IMG/VR virus record: IMGVR_UViG_3300037781_000210
Span: 1 to 37,279 of that record
Direction: 5' to 3' (one strand)
DNA length: 37,279 nucleotides
From: a virus
Taxonomy: Duplodnaviria; Caudoviricetes
In this document: positions 28,110 through 35,273 of the stretch, one piece after another
Layout: each line of letters starts with the position of its first letter
How positions within the stretch are numbered: the stretch's first letter is position 1
The notes under the pieces: model-generated
What the model was told of the DNA's origin: nothing
What the model saw: only the letters and a program-made list of their open reading frames with translations
Databases searched by the model: none
Program-made: the position numbers and the translations under genes

Positions 28110-28564
28110 TATGCCGCCTCCAGCCACTGCCGGGCCTCAGCGGGCCAGCGGCGCAGCGCGAAACAGACATAGGCCCCGTTCACGCCACCCTCGGCGTTCC
28201 ACCACTTGCGCGCGGCCCGCTCGGACACGCCGAACGCGACCATCACGTCCCGCAGATCACGGAAATTCGCGCGGATAAAGCTTTGCCACAGCTGCGGCAT
28301 CGCCTTTTGTATCTGATGCGGATCGGCCACGGCCCGGCCCCGCACCGGCCCGCGCGGCACCGATCCCCGCGACAGCGCGGCACGATGCGCGTCATGCGGA
28401 AAATCGGCGGGCAGCGCCCCGGACACAGGCACGGCGGACTTGGGCGCGGCGGAAGATGCGGACACATCCCAGGGCGACACCGCCCCGCCGCCCGTGCCAG
28501 CATCGGGGTATGATGACCCATGCACATGCACAACGACCGATGGCGGCAGGCTGTCCCGGCTCAT
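28109..28564 (-). CDS. CII-position HTH protein
   Basis: Directly after cro; VMVAFGVSERAARKWW HTH; start uncertain. Confidence 0.6.
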   Translation of the reverse strand: MSRDSLPPSVVVHVHGSSYPDAGTGGGAVSPWDVSASSAAPKSAVPVSGALPADFPHDAHRAALSRGSVPRGPVRGRAVADPHQIQKAMPQLWQSFIRANFRDLRDVMVAFGVSERAARKWWNAEGGVNGAYVCFALRRWPAEARQWLEAA

Positions 28565-28764
28565 GCGGCACCTCTGGATGCGCTAAGCGAAGAAATTGCC
28601 ACGCAGCCCTTCGTTTCCTGCTGTATTTTGACTGCCAACGCCAAGCTAGGCGACTTCGAGCCCTTGACTATTTCATTCAAGTAAGACGGCGACACACCTA
28701 CGGCGCTAGCGAATTCACGCTGAGTGCGGTTTGCCGACGCGAGATATTCTTTAAGGCTCATCAT
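28561..28764 (-). CDS. Cro-like Xre HTH regulator
   Basis: TQREFASAVGVSPSYLNEIVKG..PS; divergent from the repressor. Confidence 0.88.
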   Translation of the reverse strand: MMSLKEYLASANRTQREFASAVGVSPSYLNEIVKGSKSPSLALAVKIQQETKGCVAISSLSASRGAA

Positions 28765-28770
28765 CTGGTA

Positions 28771-28826
28771 AAGTTCGCAAAAAGCGAACTTAATTGCAAC
28801 CACAAAAGTTCGCTATATGCGATTAG
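28771..28826. promoter_or_regulatory. Operator pair (OR-like), consensus GTTCGC-N5-GCGAAC
   Basis: AAGTTCGCaaaaaGCGAACTT 28771-91; AAGTTCGCtatatGCGAttag 28806-26. Confidence 0.8.
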
Positions 28827-28858
28827 GCAGTCGCGTCCAATCGTGGCAGATTATAGCT

Positions 28859-29164
28859 ATGCAGCTACGCATTAGAGAACTAAGGAAAAAACGCCGGTTA
28901 ACTGGCGAGATGCTGGCCGACAAAGTCGGCTGCAGCAAAAGTTACATTTCGGAAATTGAGACCGGCAAGAAATTTCCAAGCGGGCGGCTGCTCCAGCTTC
29001 TAGCGCGGGAGCTTCATGTTTCTATCTACGAGCTGATCGACAGCGATGATGTGTCACAGGAGATCATCACACATCTGGAAATCATGAAGTCACTCAGCGA
29101 TGAAGATCGTCGGGCGGTATCGCGTCACGCAGCGTCGCTTCTCGAGAAAGAGCCTCAATCATAG
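28859..29164 (+). CDS. Phage repressor (Xre HTH, ~101 aa, no S24 autopeptidase domain)
   Basis: IRELRKKRRLT...LADKVGCSKSYISEIETGK; likely start MQLRI with no SD (possibly leaderless). Confidence 0.85.
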   Translation: MQLRIRELRKKRRLTGEMLADKVGCSKSYISEIETGKKFPSGRLLQLLARELHVSIYELIDSDDVSQEIITHLEIMKSLSDEDRRAVSRHAASLLEKEPQS

Positions 29165-29240
29165 CGAATAAGTCGCGACGAGAACTGGGGCTAAGGGCTA
29201 TAACCTGCGCAATGAAATCAGCTTCTTCCTCGTAAGACAT
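29094..29240 (-). CDS. Unannotated 48-aa ORF, candidate SOS-induced antirepressor (MSYEEEADFIAQVIALSPSSRRDLFAMIEALSREATLRDAIPPDDLHR)
   Basis: GGGGG SD, upstream LexA box and promoter; similarity to the repressor C-terminus. Confidence 0.65.
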   Translation of the reverse strand: MSYEEEADFIAQVIALSPSSRRDLFAMIEALSREATLRDAIPPDDLHR

Positions 29241-29253
29241 AGCACCCCCAAAT

Positions 29254-29268
29254 GTTCCCCATGCGTTC
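29254..29268 (-). promoter_or_regulatory. Alphaproteobacterial LexA (SOS) box
   Basis: GTTC-CCCATGC-GTTC (GTTC-N7-GTTC), abutting minus-strand promoter TTGACC-18-TACCCT (29269-29298). Confidence 0.75.
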
Positions 29269-29276
29269 AGGGTAAG

Positions 29277-29312
29277 AAAAAAGGCGAGCGTTGGTCAACA
29301 ACTGCTCGCCTT
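29277..29312. terminator. Hairpin terminator between the convergent repressor and lipoprotein genes
   Basis: AAGGCGAGC...GCTCGCCTT with an A-tract on the left (U-tract on the minus strand). Confidence 0.65.
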
Positions 29313-29367
29313 AAAAAGGATTTGGTGCAGAGTGCCCTTGTCCCTTAGGGAAATTTAGGCGAACAGA

Positions 29368-29808
29368 TCAAGCACTTGCTTTGATCCGATTTAGAAGCTC
29401 TTGGATCTCTGTGCTGTCCTGATTGTTATTCATGGGCGTGCGGCGCTCGAATGCGGAACCCGGATTTGTGATTACCGCCATGTCGGCGACGATTCGCGTG
29501 TCACCCCCGATCTGGACGATCGAATAGGTTATCCTGGCATTGGGGACACCGTCATAACCGCTCCCAAAAAACGCGTTTGCGAGCGCATTATTCGAAGCCC
29601 GGTCGAACGCGACGGTGCTGCCGGAGTCCATCGTTACTGTGTAACCCCTGTTCAGCATTTCGTTTGTCAATCTATCCTTCGCCCACGCCGAGCTGCGACC
29701 GCTGATTGTCACTTCAGGTCGCCCGCTTGGCGTAGCGTGTGTGACCGGTTCTGCGCAGCCCGCAAGTGCCAAAGCGCATGACCCGATAATAAATAAACGA
29801 CGTCTCAT
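29368..29808 (-). CDS. Lipoprotein in the immunity region (superinfection-exclusion candidate)
   Basis: MRRRLFIIGSCALALAGC lipobox; low GC; GGGAG SD. Confidence 0.8.
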   Translation of the reverse strand: MRRRLFIIGSCALALAGCAEPVTHATPSGRPEVTISGRSSAWAKDRLTNEMLNRGYTVTMDSGSTVAFDRASNNALANAFFGSGYDGVPNARITYSIVQIGGDTRIVADMAVITNPGSAFERRTPMNNNQDSTEIQELLNRIKASA

Positions 29809-29930
29809 TGTAGCTCCCCATTAAAGTGCAATTCCTAAAACCGTAGATAGATAAATCTCGCGAGGCAACACCGCTCGCCCAGGATCAACTCTCATGCTGA
29901 TTCTAAAAACGTCGCGGCCTTGCACCGCGA

Positions 29931-29985
29931 TAGTTCGCCATGGGCGAATTTTATTATTGCAATTTTGTTCGCCAAATGCGAACTT
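29931..29985. promoter_or_regulatory. Operator pair (OL-like) around TTGCAA -35 of the rightward early promoter
   Basis: TAGTTCGCcatggGCGAATTT 29931-51; TTGTTCGCcaaatGCGAACTT 29965-85. Confidence 0.8.
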
Positions 29986-30019
29986 CACCCCCATCACCGC
30001 CACACCCGGCGCAGAGATG

Positions 30020-30853
30020 GGAGACCCGACATGCAGACGCCCGACCACATCGCGGATCTGCTCAAGCGCGGCGCGCTGTTCGTTGTGAACCACAGCGCAG
30101 GCAAAGACAGTCAGGCGATGACGATCATGCTCAGGCAACTTGTACCCGCCGCGCAGCTGGTCGTGATCCATGCCGATCTGGGGCGCGTCGAATGGGCGGG
30201 CAACCTCGATCACATCCGCGAAACCATCGGCGATCTGCCGCTTCTGGTCTGCCGTAACCCGAACAAGACCTTCCTCGAAATGGTCGAGCATCGCGGCATG
30301 TGGCCAAGCCCCAAGCACCGCCAATGCACCAGCGACCTCAAGCGCGGCCCGATCGAGCGCACAATCCGCCATTACCTCAAATTGCAACCCGAGCATGGCG
30401 GGCTTGTCGTGAATTGCATGGGCATCCGCGCTGATGAAAGCGCCGATCGCGCGAAGCGAACACCCTTCCGCCACAACGCCCGCAACAGCAAGGCGGGCCG
30501 CGAATGGTATGACTGGATGCCCGTCTTCGACTGGACTGAGGCACAGGTGTTCGCCGCCATCGCCGAGGCAGGCCAGACGCCGCATTGGGCCTATGCCGAG
30601 GGCATGACGCGGCTGTCCTGCGTGTTCTGCATCATGGCAAGCGCCGCCGACCTGCGCACCGCCGCCAGACTCAATCCAGACCTCTATCTCGAATACGTCG
30701 AGACCGAGAAACGCATCGGCCACACCCTGTCCATGTCTGGTCGCGGTCTTGAGGAGGTGACGGGTATCGCCGCCGCCCCGAGGGCCAAGGCTGCGTAATC
30801 ACCGCCGACCGATTTCCGCGAAATGACAACTATTGGAGACCCGACATGCAGAC
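30020..30853 (+). repeat. 19-bp direct repeat GGAGACCCGACATGCAGAC (RBS plus start) bracketing the PAPS-reductase-like gene
   Basis: Copies at 30020-30038 and 30835-30853. Confidence 0.9.
30031..30798 (+). CDS. PAPS reductase family (PP-loop) protein
   Basis: SAGKDS PP-loop, RQCTSDLK, GIRADES, RLSCVFC. Confidence 0.88.
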   Translation: MQTPDHIADLLKRGALFVVNHSAGKDSQAMTIMLRQLVPAAQLVVIHADLGRVEWAGNLDHIRETIGDLPLLVCRNPNKTFLEMVEHRGMWPSPKHRQCTSDLKRGPIERTIRHYLKLQPEHGGLVVNCMGIRADESADRAKRTPFRHNARNSKAGREWYDWMPVFDWTEAQVFAAIAEAGQTPHWAYAEGMTRLSCVFCIMASAADLRTAARLNPDLYLEYVETEKRIGHTLSMSGRGLEEVTGIAAAPRAKAA

Positions 30854-31097
30854 CCCCGCGAAACACCTCCGCGCAACCCACACGCACAGCGCCGTTTCCG
30901 ACGACACGCTGCGCCTCTTGGGCCGCAGCGATCCGGGCCGCGCCATGGGCCAGATCGACGCCACGGATCAGGCGATCCTCGCCATGACGCTCGAGGACAT
31001 CTGCGCCGAGCTGCTGGAGCATCGCCGCGCGCACCGTCTGCGCAGGTCGCGGCGGCACGAGTTCGAGGCCGGTCACAAGCCGCGGGCACGGGCATGA
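30846..31097 (+). CDS. Hypothetical protein
   Basis: GGAG SD; coupled to the next gene. Confidence 0.7.
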   Translation: MQTPAKHLRATHTHSAVSDDTLRLLGRSDPGRAMGQIDATDQAILAMTLEDICAELLEHRRAHRLRRSRRHEFEAGHKPRARA

Positions 31098-31351
31098 GCC
31101 CCGCCGCCCTCACCCGCCTGCGCCGCGCCGCAAGCCTCGCGCAGGCCACGCTCGACCGCTTCGCGGGCGGCCAGACCGGCACCAACCTGCGGCAATTCCT
31201 GATCACCCACGGCCCCGCCGATGTCTGGGACGATGCCGAGGGCCATCACTGCCGCTGCTACGGCCTGCAGCCGCCCCCGGCGCGCAGCCCGGCAGCGGCG
31301 ATCACCGCCTGGGCGCAGATGGCCCTGCAACAGGAAAGGACGCTGACATGA
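31094..31351 (+). CDS. Hypothetical protein
   Basis: ATGA overlaps; shares an A..AI..W motif with the next gene. Confidence 0.65.
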   Translation: MSPAALTRLRRAASLAQATLDRFAGGQTGTNLRQFLITHGPADVWDDAEGHHCRCYGLQPPPARSPAAAITAWAQMALQQERTLT

Positions 31352-31626
31352 CCGGCCCCGTATCCATGGCCGAACTGACCCGCCTCGCGGATAGCCTCGA
31401 GCGCGCCGACCCCGCCAGTGCCAGCGACATCATCTGGGGCGCGGTGATCGAGGCGGGCGGCACCTACATCCCGCCATCGGGCACCTGCACCCATCTGTTC
31501 GAGATCGGGCTGCACGGCATCACCGGCACCGGCGCATCCGAGGCCGAGGCGATCCGCAACTGGACCCGCCTCGCCCGCCGCATGATCGCCGTGGCATCCG
31601 CGTCGGCCCCGGCCTTCACGGCATGA
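31348..31626 (+). CDS. Hypothetical protein
   Basis: ATGA overlap; LHGITGTG...EAIRNW. Confidence 0.7.
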   Translation: MTGPVSMAELTRLADSLERADPASASDIIWGAVIEAGGTYIPPSGTCTHLFEIGLHGITGTGASEAEAIRNWTRLARRMIAVASASAPAFTA

Positions 31627-31696
31627 CCCGCCCCACCTTCTCCCACAGGCCGGATGCGCGAGACTTGGGCGAACTTCGCCGCGCAACGGCCAACTT

Positions 31697-31733
31697 GCCG
31701 GGGGCGGTCTGCTCGACGCCCCCGGCCCTTTCC
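31697..31733 (+). terminator. GC hairpin with weak U-tract within the early operon
   Basis: GCCGGGGGCG-10 nt-CGCCCCCGGC followed by CCTTTCC. Confidence 0.5.
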
Positions 31734-31844
31734 AACACCGGCGGCGCACCCCCCGCCCCCGGCGCGCGCGCGGGCACACCACTCACGGACACCGCCCGCG
31801 CGCGCGGCTTTTCCCATCCTGCGGCAATCAAGGAGGTGCCTGAC

Positions 31845-32153
31845 ATGGCCAAGAAGCCCGCACCAGCCCCGAGCTTGGCAATCAGATCGTGCGTCCAGCC
31901 GCGCGCGAGCGCCCCGACCACGCCACCACCGCCCAAAACGCCGCTCGGCAGGGACGTTGGCCTGCGCGAATGCCCCAACTGCCATGTCGCGTGGCGGACC
32001 ACGGCCCAGAAACCGGTGCCCGCTCTGGACTGGACCGCAGACCCGGCCAACCTCTGGACGGTGCTGCTGACCGGCATCCTGGTCGCCCTCGCCGTCATCG
32101 CGATTTTCGTAGGCGCTGTGTGGGTCGCTGCCCTGCTGGCGGGGTGGATATGA
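31845..32153 (+). CDS. Hypothetical protein, CxxC plus C-terminal TM
   Basis: AAGGAGGT SD before 31845. Confidence 0.65.
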   Translation: MAKKPAPAPSLAIRSCVQPRASAPTTPPPPKTPLGRDVGLRECPNCHVAWRTTAQKPVPALDWTADPANLWTVLLTGILVALAVIAIFVGAVWVAALLAGWI

Positions 32154-32347
32154 TGACCGAAATCGCCCTGTTCATCACCTCCATCCTGCTCTGGATCATG
32201 GCGCTGCTCATGGCGGTGATCTGCGGCATGGCCAGCGGGAAACCCGGCCAGAAGATCGAACCCACCGACCAGCAATTTGCCGGGTTCTGTGCCGTGGTCT
32301 CCGTGACCTTCGCCCTCTGCGCCTATGTCGTGACGGTGTCGGCATGA
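32150..32347 (+). CDS. Small 2-TM membrane protein
   Basis: ATGA overlaps; two hydrophobic helices. Confidence 0.65.
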   Translation: MMTEIALFITSILLWIMALLMAVICGMASGKPGQKIEPTDQQFAGFCAVVSVTFALCAYVVTVSA

Positions 32348-32607
32348 AGAACACCATGGCCGACCTGCACAACCACCTCTTTGCCCAGATCGAACGCCTG
32401 GGCGACGAAGACCTGACCGCCGAACAGATCGACGCCGAGACGAAACGCGCGAGCGCGATGGTCAGCGTCGCCGATCAGATCATCGAGGGGCAGAAACTCA
32501 ACCTGACCGCCGCGAAACTCTTTGCCGAGCATGGCGAGAAGATCCTGCCGATGCTGCCCCCCGTGGGCAAGGCCCTGCCCGCAAAGCCCGAGGGCGATTC
32601 CGAATGA
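32344..32607 (+). CDS. Conserved phage helical protein
   Basis: MKNTMADLHNHLFAQIERL motif. Confidence 0.75.
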   Translation: MKNTMADLHNHLFAQIERLGDEDLTAEQIDAETKRASAMVSVADQIIEGQKLNLTAAKLFAEHGEKILPMLPPVGKALPAKPEGDSE

Positions 32608-33236
32608 AGGGCGCGGCGATCCCCTACAGCGACGCCGAGCTTGCGTGGATCGAGGCGCATCACGACCTGCCGCGCCGCGATCTGCACGCGCAATTCGTCG
32701 CCCACTTCGGGCGCACCGATGTCAGCCAACAGAACCTGACCGCGCTGTGCAAACGCAAGGGCTGGCTGACGGGCCGCACCGGTCAGTTCGTCAGGGGGCA
32801 ACCGAGCCACAACAAGGGGAAAACGGGCTTTCGCCCTGCTGGCTCCGAAAAGGGATGGTTCAGAAAAGGCCGCCGCGCCCCGAACACCCTCCCGCTCTGG
32901 TCCGAGCGCATCGGCAAGGATGGCTACATCGAAATGAAAGTGCCACTGCGCAACCCCTACACCGGCCACGAGACCCGGTTCATGCACAAGCACCGCTACC
33001 TCTGGGAACAGGCCAACGGCCCCCTGCCCGAGGGTCATGCCCTCAAATGCCTGGACGGTGACAAGACCAACACCGATCCCGAGAACTGGATCGCCGTGCC
33101 CCGCGCCCTGCTGCCCCGCCTGAACGGGCGCTCTGGACGCGACTACGACAGCGCCCCGCCCGAGCTGAAACCGCTGATCCTCAAGATCGCGCAGCTCGAA
33201 CACGCCACCCGCGAAAAGCGAAAGGCCGCACAATGA
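32604..33236 (+). CDS. HNH endonuclease-like protein (HNH_3 type)
   Basis: KDGYIEMKV...HRYLWEQANGP...DGDKTN...EN. Confidence 0.8.
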   Translation: MKGAAIPYSDAELAWIEAHHDLPRRDLHAQFVAHFGRTDVSQQNLTALCKRKGWLTGRTGQFVRGQPSHNKGKTGFRPAGSEKGWFRKGRRAPNTLPLWSERIGKDGYIEMKVPLRNPYTGHETRFMHKHRYLWEQANGPLPEGHALKCLDGDKTNTDPENWIAVPRALLPRLNGRSGRDYDSAPPELKPLILKIAQLEHATREKRKAAQ

Positions 33237-33505
33237 CCGCCATCCGCACCCCCTTCAACGACCTGCCCCGCGCCACGCAGGCGGGCATCCTGTGCAACGA
33301 TCCGCGCTTTCAGGACTTCGCAGCCCGGCACGCCGAGTCCCCGGGCCGGTTCTGCGCCAGCGCCGCCGCCGAATGGCTGCGCACCCAGTGCCGGGTAGCC
33401 TCGCGCCGCGACCTCGATCTCGACGACACCGCCGCCGCGCGCTTCGACGCGCTGCGCACAGACTTCGACGCCCACACGGGCAAAATCGCCACCCCCGACA
33501 GGTAA
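33233..33505 (+). CDS. Hypothetical phage protein
   Basis: AGILCNDPRFQ...C.V.SRRDL. Confidence 0.75.
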   Translation: MTAIRTPFNDLPRATQAGILCNDPRFQDFAARHAESPGRFCASAAAEWLRTQCRVASRRDLDLDDTAAARFDALRTDFDAHTGKIATPDR

Positions 33506-33515
33506 GGAAACAGGC

Positions 33516-33884
33516 ATGACGGACCAATTCACCATAACCTCGATGGATCAGCTCCTCGCGATTCTCGACGGCGGCAACTTCCACGGCGAGGTGATGGAAG
33601 GTCAGGCCGATCTGCTCGCCGCCCTGGTCGATCACCAAGCCGAATTCGGCGGCAAGCCCAAGGGCCACATGACCCTCAAGGTCACGTTCCAGCGCCAGAA
33701 ATCCGGCGACGTGCAGATCACCGGCACGGTGACTTTCACCAAGCCCAAGACGCCGCCCGCCTCGGGCGCGGCCTATATCGGCGACGATCTGCACCTGACC
33801 CTCGAAAGCCCGATGCTGGCCAAGATGCGCGGCGGTGTCCGCGACACCAGCGAACCCGCCCGCGATATCCGCGCGGCGGAATGA
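33516..33884 (+). CDS. Hypothetical protein (usual partner of DUF2303)
   Basis: KGHMTLKVTF...KPK pattern; synteny. Confidence 0.7.
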   Translation: MTDQFTITSMDQLLAILDGGNFHGEVMEGQADLLAALVDHQAEFGGKPKGHMTLKVTFQRQKSGDVQITGTVTFTKPKTPPASGAAYIGDDLHLTLESPMLAKMRGGVRDTSEPARDIRAAE

Positions 33885-33927
33885 TCCGCCCCGCCCCTCA
33901 TTGATCCCAACCGGAAAGGACAGACAA

Positions 33928-34920
33928 ATGACCACCACACCCGACACCACCCGACAGCCCGGAGACCTGCTCGACCTCGCGCAGCTCATGGCAAGCCTCG
34001 GCAGAACCGAGGACCTGATCGGGACACCGCCCGCCCCCGGCGAAACCAGCCTCGTCTCGATTCCCGAGGGCCGCAAGATCGAGGACCTGACGCCCTATTT
34101 CCACGCCGCGCAGGAACGCTACCGCCCCGCCCGGCGCAAGGGCACCGCCAGCCTGCGCACCCTGCAGTCGCTGATCGACTGGACCAACCGCTTCAAGGGG
34201 CCGACCAGCGTCCTTTTCGCCAACCCCGACCCCGAGCGCCTGAGCCTGTCCTGCGTCGCCAATTACCACGCCCAGGAACCCGCCGCCTCGGGCACCGAAA
34301 CGGGCGAGCCGGGCGCGTCGCATTGCGACCACGTGGGGCGCTACGCCTTCCCCCTGTCGAAGGAATGGAAACGCTGGGCCGCAGTCTCCGGCAAGGCCCT
34401 CACCAAGGACGAGCTCTGCGATTTCATCGAGCGCCACGCGAGCGACCTGATCGACCCGACCCCGGCCCTTCTCGGCGACGGCAAAACCACCAAGGACGCC
34501 GCCGCCTGGGAACTGCGCAACCTCGAAATCCGGGACAAGATCATGGGGCGGTTCGGCCAACTGCATCAGCTGATCAACATGGGCCGCCAGTTCCAGGTGC
34601 ACGAGACCAGCGATCTGGAGATCAAAACCGACCCCGACACCGGCGAGACGCGCGTGAACTTCAACGAGGAACACAAGGACGCGCAGGGCAGGCCGCTCAA
34701 GATCGCCAACCTGTTCCTGATCGCGATCCCGGTCTTCGAATCCGGCGACCTGTTCCGCCTCACCCTGCGCCTGAGCTACCGCAAGCGCGGCGGCAACCTC
34801 ACCTTTTCGCTGACCATCTACGAAATGCAAAAGGCGCTCGACACCGCATTCGAGGAAGCGATCGAGACCGCCCGGGCCGCCACCGAACTGCCCCTCTTCA
34901 TCGGCAGCCCCGAAACCTGA
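33928..34920 (+). CDS. DUF2303 (YfdQ-like) protein
   Basis: RRKGTA, NYH, PLSKEW..W, FLIAIPVF, LPLFIGSP; AAGGA SD. Confidence 0.8.
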   Translation: MTTTPDTTRQPGDLLDLAQLMASLGRTEDLIGTPPAPGETSLVSIPEGRKIEDLTPYFHAAQERYRPARRKGTASLRTLQSLIDWTNRFKGPTSVLFANPDPERLSLSCVANYHAQEPAASGTETGEPGASHCDHVGRYAFPLSKEWKRWAAVSGKALTKDELCDFIERHASDLIDPTPALLGDGKTTKDAAAWELRNLEIRDKIMGRFGQLHQLINMGRQFQVHETSDLEIKTDPDTGETRVNFNEEHKDAQGRPLKIANLFLIAIPVFESGDLFRLTLRLSYRKRGGNLTFSLTIYEMQKALDTAFEEAIETARAATELPLFIGSPET

Positions 34921-34977
34921 CCCGCCCGGCCCCCGGCAACGGGGGCCGCCCCCCCTCGATCGACGAAAGGAACCACG

Positions 34978-35253
34978 ATGAACGACACGACACAAACAGG
35001 CCGCCTCGCCATGCGCGTCGAGGGTGACTGGTGGGTGGCCTATTATGCGCAGTCCGACACCATGCAGGGCGCGCTCGAACTGGGCCGCATCCGCATGGTC
35101 TTCGTGCAGGATTTCAGCGCCAAGGAAATCTTCAAGGCCCTCATGCGCGACGCGGTCACCGCCATCATCAAAGAAATCACCGGCGAGAAGCCCTTGTGGC
35201 CCGAGCCCGACGGCCGGCCGGCACCGGAACACGAACGCTCCGGGCGGGCGTGA
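34978..35253 (+). CDS. Hypothetical protein
   Basis: AAGGA SD; GRLAMRVEGDWWVAYYA. Confidence 0.7.
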   Translation: MNDTTQTGRLAMRVEGDWWVAYYAQSDTMQGALELGRIRMVFVQDFSAKEIFKALMRDAVTAIIKEITGEKPLWPEPDGRPAPEHERSGRA

Positions 35254-35273
35254 GACAAGGAAGGTAATCCGAC

